64,000 bases of DNA from an uncultured Alloprevotella sp. (GTDB taxonomy: Bacteria; Bacteroidota; Bacteroidia; Bacteroidales; Bacteroidaceae): positions 3,471-67,470 of the forward strand of contig CAUUGL010000007.1 of NCBI GenBank assembly GCA_963544845.1, given 5' to 3'. Below, in pieces: positions 1 through 7,947 of this stretch. A program made the translations under genes and the position numbers. Below the pieces are notes generated by a model. It was not told the origin of the DNA. It ran no database searches and saw nothing but the letters and a program-made list of their open reading frames with translations. Each line of letters starts with the position of its first letter. The first letter of the stretch is position 1.

Positions 1-625
1 AACACATGAAGCAGATGGCTATGTGCCCGGCATCAATGATATTCTTTATAAAGGATATATCAATACAGAAGGTGAGCAGGTTTTGCCCGCGACGGAGAAG
101 TTAAAACACGGAAAAAAAGCACTCGAAGCTTTCAAAACTTATCGCACCACACGAACCACTGACCCCGTGAAGGCCGCTGAAGCTCGCAAAACCTTTGAGC
201 AACATAAAGCCTATTTTGGTTACGGCTATATTCAAAAGGTCGAGGATCTTGTTCCACCTGTATTTTTGGTTTATTGGCCCTTCCGTGTGATGGTTGGTGC
301 AGGAGGAGCTCTGCTGTTAGTAATGGCTCTCTTTTGGTGGTTTGAGCGTAAAGGACGTTTGCAACAAAACCGTTGGCTGCTTCACGTTGGTGTTTGGAGT
401 GTTGCACTAGTTTATTTGGCAGGACAAGCAGGCTGGATTGTGGCTGAAGTTGGTCGCCAGCCTTGGGCTATTCAAGACCTCCTTCCTGTTGGAGCTGCAA
501 TCTCTAAATTATCGGTAAGCAGTGTTCAAACAACGTTCTTCCTCTTCTTCGTTGTTTTCACCGCACTCCTCATAGCAGAGCTTCGCATCATGTTTAGTGC
601 CATCAAGAAGCACGAACAGGAGTAG
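1..625 (+). CDS. cydA: cytochrome bd ubiquinol oxidase subunit I, C-terminal part (5' end lies outside the window)
   Basis: The open frame runs from the window edge. It has hydrophobic helices and the GRQPWAIQDLLP motif typical of the CydA C-terminus, and a CydB-like gene follows directly. Confidence 0.85.
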   Translation, partial: THEADGYVPGINDILYKGYINTEGEQVLPATEKLKHGKKALEAFKTYRTTRTTDPVKAAEARKTFEQHKAYFGYGYIQKVEDLVPPVFLVYWPFRVMVGAGGALLLVMALFWWFERKGRLQQNRWLLHVGVWSVALVYLAGQAGWIVAEVGRQPWAIQDLLPVGAAISKLSVSSVQTTFFLFFVVFTALLIAELRIMFSAIKKHEQE

Positions 626-651
626 TATTTCTCTAAAAAAAACTTCGTCTT

Positions 652-1800
652 ATGATAACTTACGAATTGCTTCAAAATTATTGGTGGCTGCTTGTCACAC
701 TTCTCGGTGCACTCATGGTATTCCTCATGTTTGTGCAAGGAGCCAATAGTCAAATCTTCACCTTGGGAAAGACCGAAGCCGAACGCCGACTCATCGTGAA
801 TTCTACAGGACGTAAATGGGAGTTTACCTTCACTACACTGGTCACTTTCGGAGGTGCATTCTTTGCTTCATTTCCTCTCTTTTACAGCACGAGCTTTGGT
901 GGTGCCTATTGGGTTTGGATGCTCATTCTTTTCAGTTTTGTCTTACAAGCCGTGAGCTATGAGTTTCAGTCGAAGCTGGGTAACTTCTTGGGCAAAAATA
1001 CTTATCGCGCCTTTCTTGTTTTCAATGGCGTGTTGGGTCCGGTTCTTTTGGGTACAGCCGTAGGAACTTTTTTCCATGGTGCAAACTTCGTGGTCAACAA
1101 AGATGTGATGGGCGAAAGCATCGCACCAGCCATCAGTCAGTGGGCCAATGCATGGCATGGTCTTGATGCTGTGGCTAATCCTTGGAATGTTGTGCTGGGT
1201 TTGGTGGTCTTCTTCTTGGCTCGCATTTTGGGAGATCTCTACCTCAACAATAATATCGATGATGAACAACTCGTGCCACGTTTACGTCGTCAGTTGCTCA
1301 TGGATACGGTTGCCTTTCTCATCCTCTTCCTCTCGTTCGTTGTTCACCTGCTTCTGATGAAGGGATGGGCTGTCGATCCGACAACTGGTTTTGTGAGCCT
1401 TGAGGAGTACAAATACCTCCACAACTTCCTAGCGTTACCCATTGTCTTAGTTATTTTCCTTACTGGTGTTCTCCTTGTTTTGGCAGGTATTATCAAAACT
1501 CTCCTTTGCGCCACTTTTAAGAGAGGCATTTGGAGCACCGGGGTCGGCGCAGTCTTGGCTGTATGGGCTTTGCTGATGATTGCAGGCTATAATAATACTG
1601 CTTACTACCCCTCATTAGCAGATCCGCAAAGTTCGCTTACATTGGCTAATAGTTGCTCGAGCGAATTTACTTTGACGGCTATGACTATTGTCTCAATCAT
1701 CATTCCTTTTGTCCTAGCTTATATTTTCTATGCTTGGCGAGCTATAGACCGTAAGAGTCTTACTCGTGAAGAACTAGAAGAGGATCAAGAATCATACTAG
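652..1800 (+). CDS. cydB: cytochrome bd ubiquinol oxidase subunit II
   Basis: 382-aa polytopic membrane protein starting 27 nt after the cydA stop. Length and hydrophobicity pattern are typical of CydB. Confidence 0.88.
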   Translation: MITYELLQNYWWLLVTLLGALMVFLMFVQGANSQIFTLGKTEAERRLIVNSTGRKWEFTFTTLVTFGGAFFASFPLFYSTSFGGAYWVWMLILFSFVLQAVSYEFQSKLGNFLGKNTYRAFLVFNGVLGPVLLGTAVGTFFHGANFVVNKDVMGESIAPAISQWANAWHGLDAVANPWNVVLGLVVFFLARILGDLYLNNNIDDEQLVPRLRRQLLMDTVAFLILFLSFVVHLLLMKGWAVDPTTGFVSLEEYKYLHNFLALPIVLVIFLTGVLLVLAGIIKTLLCATFKRGIWSTGVGAVLAVWALLMIAGYNNTAYYPSLADPQSSLTLANSCSSEFTLTAMTIVSIIIPFVLAYIFYAWRAIDRKSLTREELEEDQESY

Positions 1801-1825
1801 TTGTACTTTAATATAATAGATATTT

Positions 1826-2450
1826 AGTCTTTCTCTTTAAGTTCCTTTTTGTTATCTGATATTCAATAAATTAATACAGATAACCTCCTGATAAATCTGC
1901 AAGTTTTCTTATCTTTATAGTAAGAAACTTGCAGATTTTTATGTACAAAAAACTATACCAGCCGGAGTTTATGCCCGATGTTCCTTGTGCCTCTTCCGAA
2001 TTGGTTCGCTTTCGCCATCGCATTGGGGAGAAGGGTGTTGAAATTCATCTTTCAGGAAAGCATTCGTGTCAATAACGAAGATGATGATGAGCATCACCCA
2101 TGATACTGCTTTTATCGATTCAACCGTTCAGGAAAAGAATATCACTTTTCCTGAACGGATGCCAAGTTGCATAAAAAGATAGTGGGCAAGGTTCTCAATC
2201 TCGTCGATAAACTGCATCTGTCTCTTCGCCAAAACTATACTTTTGTTTTGAAAGGCGTTTATCGCGACCAACGTTTTCGCAATCACCCTAAGAATCGCAA
2301 AAGGCACTGAGAGCAGATAAGAAATTGCGGACAACAGTCGGGTGGTTGGTTCGAGAGCTCAAGCGCAATCTTGGAGAGAAAACTCTCTACACTGAACTCA
2401 TTAATATCTTTACGAAAACAGTATAGTGAACAGCAAGTCAGCTTCCTCAA
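1826..2450 (+). pseudogene. truncated, degenerate copy of the IS5-family element (5' end plus transposase fragments)
   Basis: 1826-1945 matches the reverse complement of the transposase-proximal ends at 24710-24807 and 63765-63862, including the TCTGCAAGTTT...AAACTTGCAGA hairpin. Downstream frames give SSELVRFRHRIGEKGVEI and NLGEKTLYTELI, which match the 336-aa ORF at 62751..63761. These fragments carry a large N-terminal deletion, stops and frameshifts. Confidence 0.75.
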
Positions 2451-2455
2451 CAACT

Positions 2456-2630
2456 CATCTTCTTTCTTTCTAAGCAACTGTTGTTTTCTTGTGAGATAAT
2501 AATCGTCTTTACATGTAAGGAAATCTTTCCGTACATGTACGGAAAGATTTCCTTACACGTACGGACGTTTGTTCTTACGTGTATGGACGATAAGGGGATA
2601 ACGAGGCGACAGAAGCCGTACAAAGAAAAT
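2456..2630 (+). repeat. palindrome-rich repeat element, copy A (contains a perfect 40-bp palindrome at 2516..2555)
   Basis: About 175 bp aligns along its length, with one insertion of about 24 nt in copy B, to the reverse complement of 50458..50655. It is built from ACRTGTA / CGTACGG words, with TAAGGAAATCTTTCCGTACATGTACGGAAAGATTTCCTTA as an exact palindrome. Confidence 0.75.
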
Positions 2631-2732
2631 TTCGTTTCTACTTTCAAAATTAAAGTGCAACAAATAGTTCGTTTTTGGGTAGTTGGTTGCAGATTTAAGG
2701 TAATCACTGTTGTTAGTGCTATACAAAAGCTG

Positions 2733-2740
2733 TAACTTTG
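2733..2740 (+). promoter_or_regulatory. candidate Bacteroidetes -7 promoter box TAACTTTG upstream of rlmD
   Basis: Matches the TAnnTTTG consensus of Bacteroidetes sigma-AB promoters and ends 24 nt before the ATG at 2764. Confidence 0.45.
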
Positions 2741-2763
2741 CCGTCAAATAGACAAAATAGATT

Positions 2764-4188
2764 ATGGCTCGCAAAAAGAAATCTCTCCCTTTACTTGAAA
2801 ATATCCTCATCACTGACATCGCTGCCGAAGGTAAAGCATTGGCAAAAGTTGATGGTTTGGCAGTATTTGTACCTTATGTCGTTCCTGGTGATGTTGTGGA
2901 TATCCAACTCCGCAGAAAAAAGCATAGTTATGCCGAAGGAGAAGCTGTCAAGTTCCACCAATTTAGCGAGCGGCGTACGCAGCCCTTTTGTAAACACTAT
3001 GGTGTGTGTGGTGGTTGCAAATGGCAGATATTGCCTTACAGCGAGCAAATTCGTTATAAACAAAAGCAAGTCATGGACCACTTGCAGCGGATCGGTAAGA
3101 TTGATTTACCCGAATGTCGCCCCATTCTTGGTTCGCATAAAGATCGAGAATATCGCAATAAACTGGAATTTGGTTTCTCCAATAAGAAGTGGCTCACCTT
3201 GGAACAGGTGAAAAGCGGTGAGAAATTTGATCAAATGGATGCGCTTGGTTTCCATATTCCCGGAGCTTTTGACAAAATACTCGACATTGATGAGTGTTTT
3301 CTTATGCAAGACATCAATAACCGCATTCGCAACGGAGTACGTGCTTTCGCTTTAGAACGTGGTTTTGATTTCTATGATTTGCGTGGCAATCGTGGATTGT
3401 TGCGCAATATCATGCTGCGCACAGCTTCAACGGGCGAAGTTATGTTGCTCATACAGTTTTGCATCACGAAAGACAGTGAACGTGAACAAGCTCTGGAAAT
3501 GATGGCATTTCTACACCACTCGTTTCCCGAGGTAACATCCTTGCTCTATGTGAACAATACCAAATGCAATGACACCATCGGTGACCTTGATATTATTACT
3601 TATGCCGGCACGGACTTTATTTATGAAGAAATGGAAGGCTTGCGTTTCAAAGTTGGACCAAAGAGTTTCTACCAAACTAACTCGGAACAGGCCTACGAGC
3701 TATATAAGATTACGCGCGATTTTGCAGGACTAACAGGTAATGAACTCGTTTATGACCTTTATACGGGAACGGGAACGATTGCCAACTTCGTAGCGAAACA
3801 GGCACGCTTTGTTGTAGGTATTGAATATGTGCCTGAAGCTATTGCAGATGCCAAAGTCAATGCTTCCCTTAATGGTTTGGAAACAAAGACACTCTTCTAT
3901 GCTGGTGATATGAAGGACATTTTGACCGATGCTTTCATTGACGAACATGGTCGGCCCGATGTCATTATTACTGACCCACCTCGTGCCGGTATGCACGCAG
4001 ACGTGGTGAGTGTTATTTTGAATGCAGCTCCACAACGAATTGTCTATGTGTCCTGCAATCCTGCTACTCAAGCACGCGATCTCCAACTTTTGGACGTAAA
4101 ATACCGTGTTGTTGCTGTGCAGCCTGTCGATATGTTCCCTCAAACACATCATGTGGAGAATGTAGTGTTACTTGAACTAAAGGGGTAA
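2764..4188 (+). CDS. rlmD: 23S rRNA (uracil-5-)-methyltransferase RlmD/RumA family (TRAM plus SAM methyltransferase)
   Basis: N-terminal TRAM-like region, Fe-S cysteines FCKHYGVCGGCKWQ, SAM motif DLYTGTGTIA, and the DPPRAGM and YVSCNPATQARD motifs. Confidence 0.9.
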   Translation: MARKKKSLPLLENILITDIAAEGKALAKVDGLAVFVPYVVPGDVVDIQLRRKKHSYAEGEAVKFHQFSERRTQPFCKHYGVCGGCKWQILPYSEQIRYKQKQVMDHLQRIGKIDLPECRPILGSHKDREYRNKLEFGFSNKKWLTLEQVKSGEKFDQMDALGFHIPGAFDKILDIDECFLMQDINNRIRNGVRAFALERGFDFYDLRGNRGLLRNIMLRTASTGEVMLLIQFCITKDSEREQALEMMAFLHHSFPEVTSLLYVNNTKCNDTIGDLDIITYAGTDFIYEEMEGLRFKVGPKSFYQTNSEQAYELYKITRDFAGLTGNELVYDLYTGTGTIANFVAKQARFVVGIEYVPEAIADAKVNASLNGLETKTLFYAGDMKDILTDAFIDEHGRPDVIITDPPRAGMHADVVSVILNAAPQRIVYVSCNPATQARDLQLLDVKYRVVAVQPVDMFPQTHHVENVVLLELKG

Positions 4189-4227
4189 AGAATTACATTT
4201 AATTTGAACATCAACTTATTAGGCTAA

Positions 4228-4935
4228 ATGCTCACTCCTCGTCCTACTACTCATCTCCGCTCGCAAATCTCGACTTTCATTTCTCTACATAACCCTGAAG
4301 GGCTGCTTGACTATCTCAAATCTTTACGCAATGCAGATTTTCGTGCTGCAGGGATTGTGATGAGTGATTTCAAGTGCTGGGAGAATGTGGACGAGGCTGG
4401 CTTTTGGCATTTTTTTCTCGTTCTCAACACTGACAACGCTCGTGCTTATCTTGGTACACTTCTCAAAGCTGCTATAGCACGCCATCAAGTGCAACCTCTT
4501 TCCTTTGAGAATGAGGAATTTGTGTATTTTGCAACAGAGGTAGCGACGAATATCGATTGTAGAAAAACTCTTGAAGCTTTCTTGCCCCTCGTTTCTACCC
4601 CCGAAGCCATGGAGAGGATGCTGCAGCGCTTTTCCTTCTCGCAGGAGCCGCTCATTGCACGTGCCATGTTCCTGCTGCGTATCAACTCGCCTGTTGCTTT
4701 GTTTTTATTCTTCCGTATGCTCAAAGAGGTTGATCACGATCTACCACTTATTCGTCGATTTGCCGTGGAGCTTATTCGTATTGGTGATAAAAAATCATAT
4801 AATATGGCGTGTATTCTCAGAGATTATTTCGGTCTTTCAGCTTTGCCCGGCATTTTTTCTTTACAGCTTGCTCCTTATGAGCTCTCACGTCTTGAAACGA
4901 AATTTGATTATTTTGTCAAAATACTTTTACGCTGA
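4228..4935 (+). CDS. hypothetical protein (235 aa, predicted soluble, no motif recognised)
   Basis: Long ORF with an ATG start, in the same orientation and tightly spaced with its neighbours. Composition looks coding. Confidence 0.6.
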   Translation: MLTPRPTTHLRSQISTFISLHNPEGLLDYLKSLRNADFRAAGIVMSDFKCWENVDEAGFWHFFLVLNTDNARAYLGTLLKAAIARHQVQPLSFENEEFVYFATEVATNIDCRKTLEAFLPLVSTPEAMERMLQRFSFSQEPLIARAMFLLRINSPVALFLFFRMLKEVDHDLPLIRRFAVELIRIGDKKSYNMACILRDYFGLSALPGIFSLQLAPYELSRLETKFDYFVKILLR

Positions 4936-4977
4936 GGTGTTTGGTTTCTCTCTTTTTCTAATGTAATTTCTTTTTCT

Positions 4978-5253
4978 ATGAATTCCGAACTTGAGGACTT
5001 TATTACTGCACTTCTTAGTTATATAGAATCGGTAATTCGTTCTTCTGGTGGTATGCCCGATTACTGCCAAGAGGCCATTCGTATTATTGACGCACGCAAT
5101 CACTTGTTTGCTTCGGTAGGTATACATTTAACCGATGAAGAGCATTCTATTTATGCACTTCGCGACTTATGCACACTTGATGAGGAAACAATGTTGTTGT
5201 GCCCTAACTACCATCGCTGTGCTGCTGTTGGACGTGATTGTGGATTAAGATGA
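4978..5253 (+). CDS. hypothetical small protein (91 aa)
   Basis: ORF in the gap between 4935 and 5304, on the same strand as its neighbours. No motif recognised. Confidence 0.4.
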   Translation: MNSELEDFITALLSYIESVIRSSGGMPDYCQEAIRIIDARNHLFASVGIHLTDEEHSIYALRDLCTLDEETMLLCPNYHRCAAVGRDCGLR

Positions 5254-5303
5254 GCAATCAATGACTATAGAGGGGAAAGCTAAAACAACAAAAAAATATT
5301 ACA

Positions 5304-5723
5304 ATGACTGAAGTATTCCGCCATAAAACTCCTATTCAAATTCGTTTCAACGATTTGGATGCCTACAATCATGTAAACAATAATGTCTATGCCTCTTACT
5401 ATGATTTAGGTAAAGAGAGCTATTTTGCCGACGTTTTGCAATGTGACTTTCGCTTACAAGATGTGGTATTTATTGTTGCTCACATATCCTTTGACTTCAT
5501 CGAACCGATTCATTATGGTGATGAGATAGTAGTCGAAACGCGTGTCAGCCATATCGGTACCAAAAGTTTTACGCTGATACAACAGGCGCGTAATCAGGTA
5601 ACAGGTCGCATTGTTTGCAAAGGTGAAACCGTAATGGTATGCATCAATTTACACACAAAAGAGACAGCTGAGGTTCCTATTCAATATAGACAAGCTTTTG
5701 AAACCTTTGAAGCAGGAGCTTGA
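5304..5723 (+). CDS. acyl-CoA thioesterase, 4HBT/YbgC-like hot-dog fold
   Basis: 139 aa. The N-terminal pattern IRFNDLDAYNHVNNNVY is typical of the YbgC/4-hydroxybenzoyl-CoA thioesterase family. Confidence 0.8.
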   Translation: MTEVFRHKTPIQIRFNDLDAYNHVNNNVYASYYDLGKESYFADVLQCDFRLQDVVFIVAHISFDFIEPIHYGDEIVVETRVSHIGTKSFTLIQQARNQVTGRIVCKGETVMVCINLHTKETAEVPIQYRQAFETFEAGA

Positions 5724-5758
5724 TTTCTTTTGTTTTCCATCTTTCAGTGATTGCTACT

Positions 5759-6802
5759 ATGCAACAGGTTCTCTACACAACGACTCTTTCTGAACTCTTA
5801 CCCGGTCTTTTATCCACAGCCCCTGCCCCCGACCGCATTGTTGTTCTTACAGATCAAACTACCCATCGGCATTGCCGTTCATTATTAGGAGATAGCTTAG
5901 CTGATGCGTATGACATTGTCATCCCTTCTACAGACACTCACAAGACGATTGATACCCTTACGAAGGTATGGGAAGGGTTGCAGCAATCAAAAGCTACACG
6001 TCATTCCTTACTCATCAATCTCGGAGGAGGGATGGTCACCGATCTTGGAGGCTTTGCTGCTGCTACTTTTAAGCGTGGTATTCGCTTTATCAATATCCCT
6101 ACGACATTATTGGCCATGGTCGATGCTGCCGTTGGTGGGAAAACCGGAATCAATTTCGGAGGACTAAAAAATGAGTTGGGTTGCTTCTCAGATGCGGAAA
6201 AAGTAATTGTGTGTACAGAACTTCTACACAGCCTTGATACTGAGAATTTACGTTCTGGTTATGCAGAGATGCTCAAACATTCGCTTCTCACCAACACCGA
6301 ATGCTGGGCACGGCATCTCGAATTCGATCTTTCAAATCCTGACTTTGACGTGTTGCAAGAATTGGTACGTGAGAGTATTGTGTGCAAGCAAGATATCGTC
6401 CTCCAAGACCCCCACGAAAAAGGTATTCGGAAGGCCCTCAACCTAGGACATACAGTAGGACATGCTTTGGAGAGTTTTTTCATAGAGACCCATCGCCCAG
6501 TCCTTCATGGTTATGCTGTCGCTTGGGGAATGGTATGTGAGTTGTTTATGAGTGCTGCCCAAACTGGCTTCTCTACTGAGGTGCTCCACAAAACGACACG
6601 ATATATCATTGACTTTTATGGACGACCTTCCATTAGTTGCCACGACTACGAACGTTTGCGCGCAATCATGCTTCATGATAAAAAGAATGTAATGGGGAGT
6701 ATTCGCTTCACTCTTTTATCTAATATAGGTGAAATCCTTATTGATCAAACGGTTGATGACTCTCTCATTGATGATGCTCTTGACTTCTTACGTGAAGCGT
6801 AG
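5759..6802 (+). CDS. aroB: 3-dehydroquinate synthase
   Basis: GGGMVTDLGGFAAATFKRGIRFINIPTTLLAMVDAAVGGKTGINF and the HTVGHALE metal-site motifs. The ORF track opens at a TTG at 5720, and the first ATG (MQQVLY) at 5759 is preferred. Confidence 0.9.
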   Translation: MQQVLYTTTLSELLPGLLSTAPAPDRIVVLTDQTTHRHCRSLLGDSLADAYDIVIPSTDTHKTIDTLTKVWEGLQQSKATRHSLLINLGGGMVTDLGGFAAATFKRGIRFINIPTTLLAMVDAAVGGKTGINFGGLKNELGCFSDAEKVIVCTELLHSLDTENLRSGYAEMLKHSLLTNTECWARHLEFDLSNPDFDVLQELVRESIVCKQDIVLQDPHEKGIRKALNLGHTVGHALESFFIETHRPVLHGYAVAWGMVCELFMSAAQTGFSTEVLHKTTRYIIDFYGRPSISCHDYERLRAIMLHDKKNVMGSIRFTLLSNIGEILIDQTVDDSLIDDALDFLREA

Positions 6803-6850
6803 TCGTCATACAAACTTGAAACAATAATATATTTACTTCTTTGTATACCT

Positions 6851-7765
6851 ATGCGAAACAAAGGAACCCTCGGTGTTATCTTAGGACTACTTGCAGCTGT
6901 ATGTTATGGCTTTATCCCTCTCTTCACCAAGCCTCTACAAACGACTGAAGGAGGTAGTTTTGCAATGTCTTCATCCACGATATTGTTCTACCGCTTTGGT
7001 CTATCAGCTCTTGTAGTAGCCTGTGTGATGTTAATACGGCGCATCTCTTTTCGTATCACTTTCCCTGAATTTGTGCGTCTCACCTTTTTAGCTTTTTTGA
7101 GTGATGGTGCAGCCCTTTTTCTTATCGCGGGATACCCCTATATGAATAGCGGAGTAGCCACGACACTCCACTTTATGTATCCAGTGATGACAGCCTTGTT
7201 GATGATGACTTTTTTTCATGAGCGCCGTCGTATCTCTACATTTCTTGCAGTGGGTATGGCCGTGCTCGGTGTAGGGATGCTCTCTTCGTCAGGAACGGGT
7301 AGCATAGCTTTGATTGGTATAGTACTGGAACTCATATCTGCACTATGTTTCGCGTTTTATTTGATTCGAGCCAACCACTCTCGCGTTTCAAGCATGAATG
7401 TTGTAAAACTCACATTTTATGTGATGAGCATTGGAGCTTTTATCTTTGCTGCATTTGTGTTCTACGAACAAGCCGATTTCGATTTATCTCGGAGATACAC
7501 TCTTTTTCCCACCATTCAAGGATGGATTTATCTCATCGGTTTGTCATTCATTTGCACTGTAGTAACTAATCTTTCTCTGGTCTATGCAACCCAACTGATA
7601 GGGCCTACGATGGCTTCTGTACTCGGAGCTCTTGAACCTGTTACAGCTATCCTTGTTGGGGCTTGTCTTTTGGGCGAAAAAATAACTCTCACTATACTCA
7701 TAGGCATTGTACTTATTCTTTCGTCTGTACTTATCATTATATTAAAAAATATTGCTGTCCGGTAA
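6851..7765 (+). CDS. EamA/DMT family transporter
   Basis: 304 aa with about 10 TM helices in two EamA-like halves. The last codons (NIAVR stop) are encoded by the ATTGCTGTCCGGTAA repeat motif. Confidence 0.8.
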   Translation: MRNKGTLGVILGLLAAVCYGFIPLFTKPLQTTEGGSFAMSSSTILFYRFGLSALVVACVMLIRRISFRITFPEFVRLTFLAFLSDGAALFLIAGYPYMNSGVATTLHFMYPVMTALLMMTFFHERRRISTFLAVGMAVLGVGMLSSSGTGSIALIGIVLELISALCFAFYLIRANHSRVSSMNVVKLTFYVMSIGAFIFAAFVFYEQADFDLSRRYTLFPTIQGWIYLIGLSFICTVVTNLSLVYATQLIGPTMASVLGALEPVTAILVGACLLGEKITLTILIGIVLILSSVLIIILKNIAVR

Positions 7766-7881
7766 ACTTCAAAACGGAAATATCACAAAAGGATTTGGCT
7801 TCGACTTTCTACCTACCAATTTTACTAGACAATAATAACAGAGAATACCTTCGATTTTTGAAGTTACACCTATCAAATGAT

Positions 7882-7917
7882 AAGCGAGAAGCCGTTGATT
7901 AACGACTTCCCGCTTAA
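7882..7917. terminator. hairpin between the convergent EamA gene and EF-G paralogue, possibly a bidirectional terminator
   Basis: AAGCGAGAAGCCG (7882-7894) pairs with CGACTTCCCGCTT (7903-7915) at 11/13, and a T-run follows on the + strand. It belongs to a repeat family also seen at 50815..50848. Confidence 0.4.
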
Positions 7918-7947
7918 AGGTGTTTTTCAGAGGGAGGCTAATTGCTA

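Noticed and set aside
2481-2735. 84-aa ORF, and the similar 64-aa ORF at 50407..50601
   Set aside because: Both are read-throughs of the palindrome-rich repeat element (KEIFPYMYGKISLHV appears in both). The similarity arises from DNA repeat identity, not from a conserved protein.
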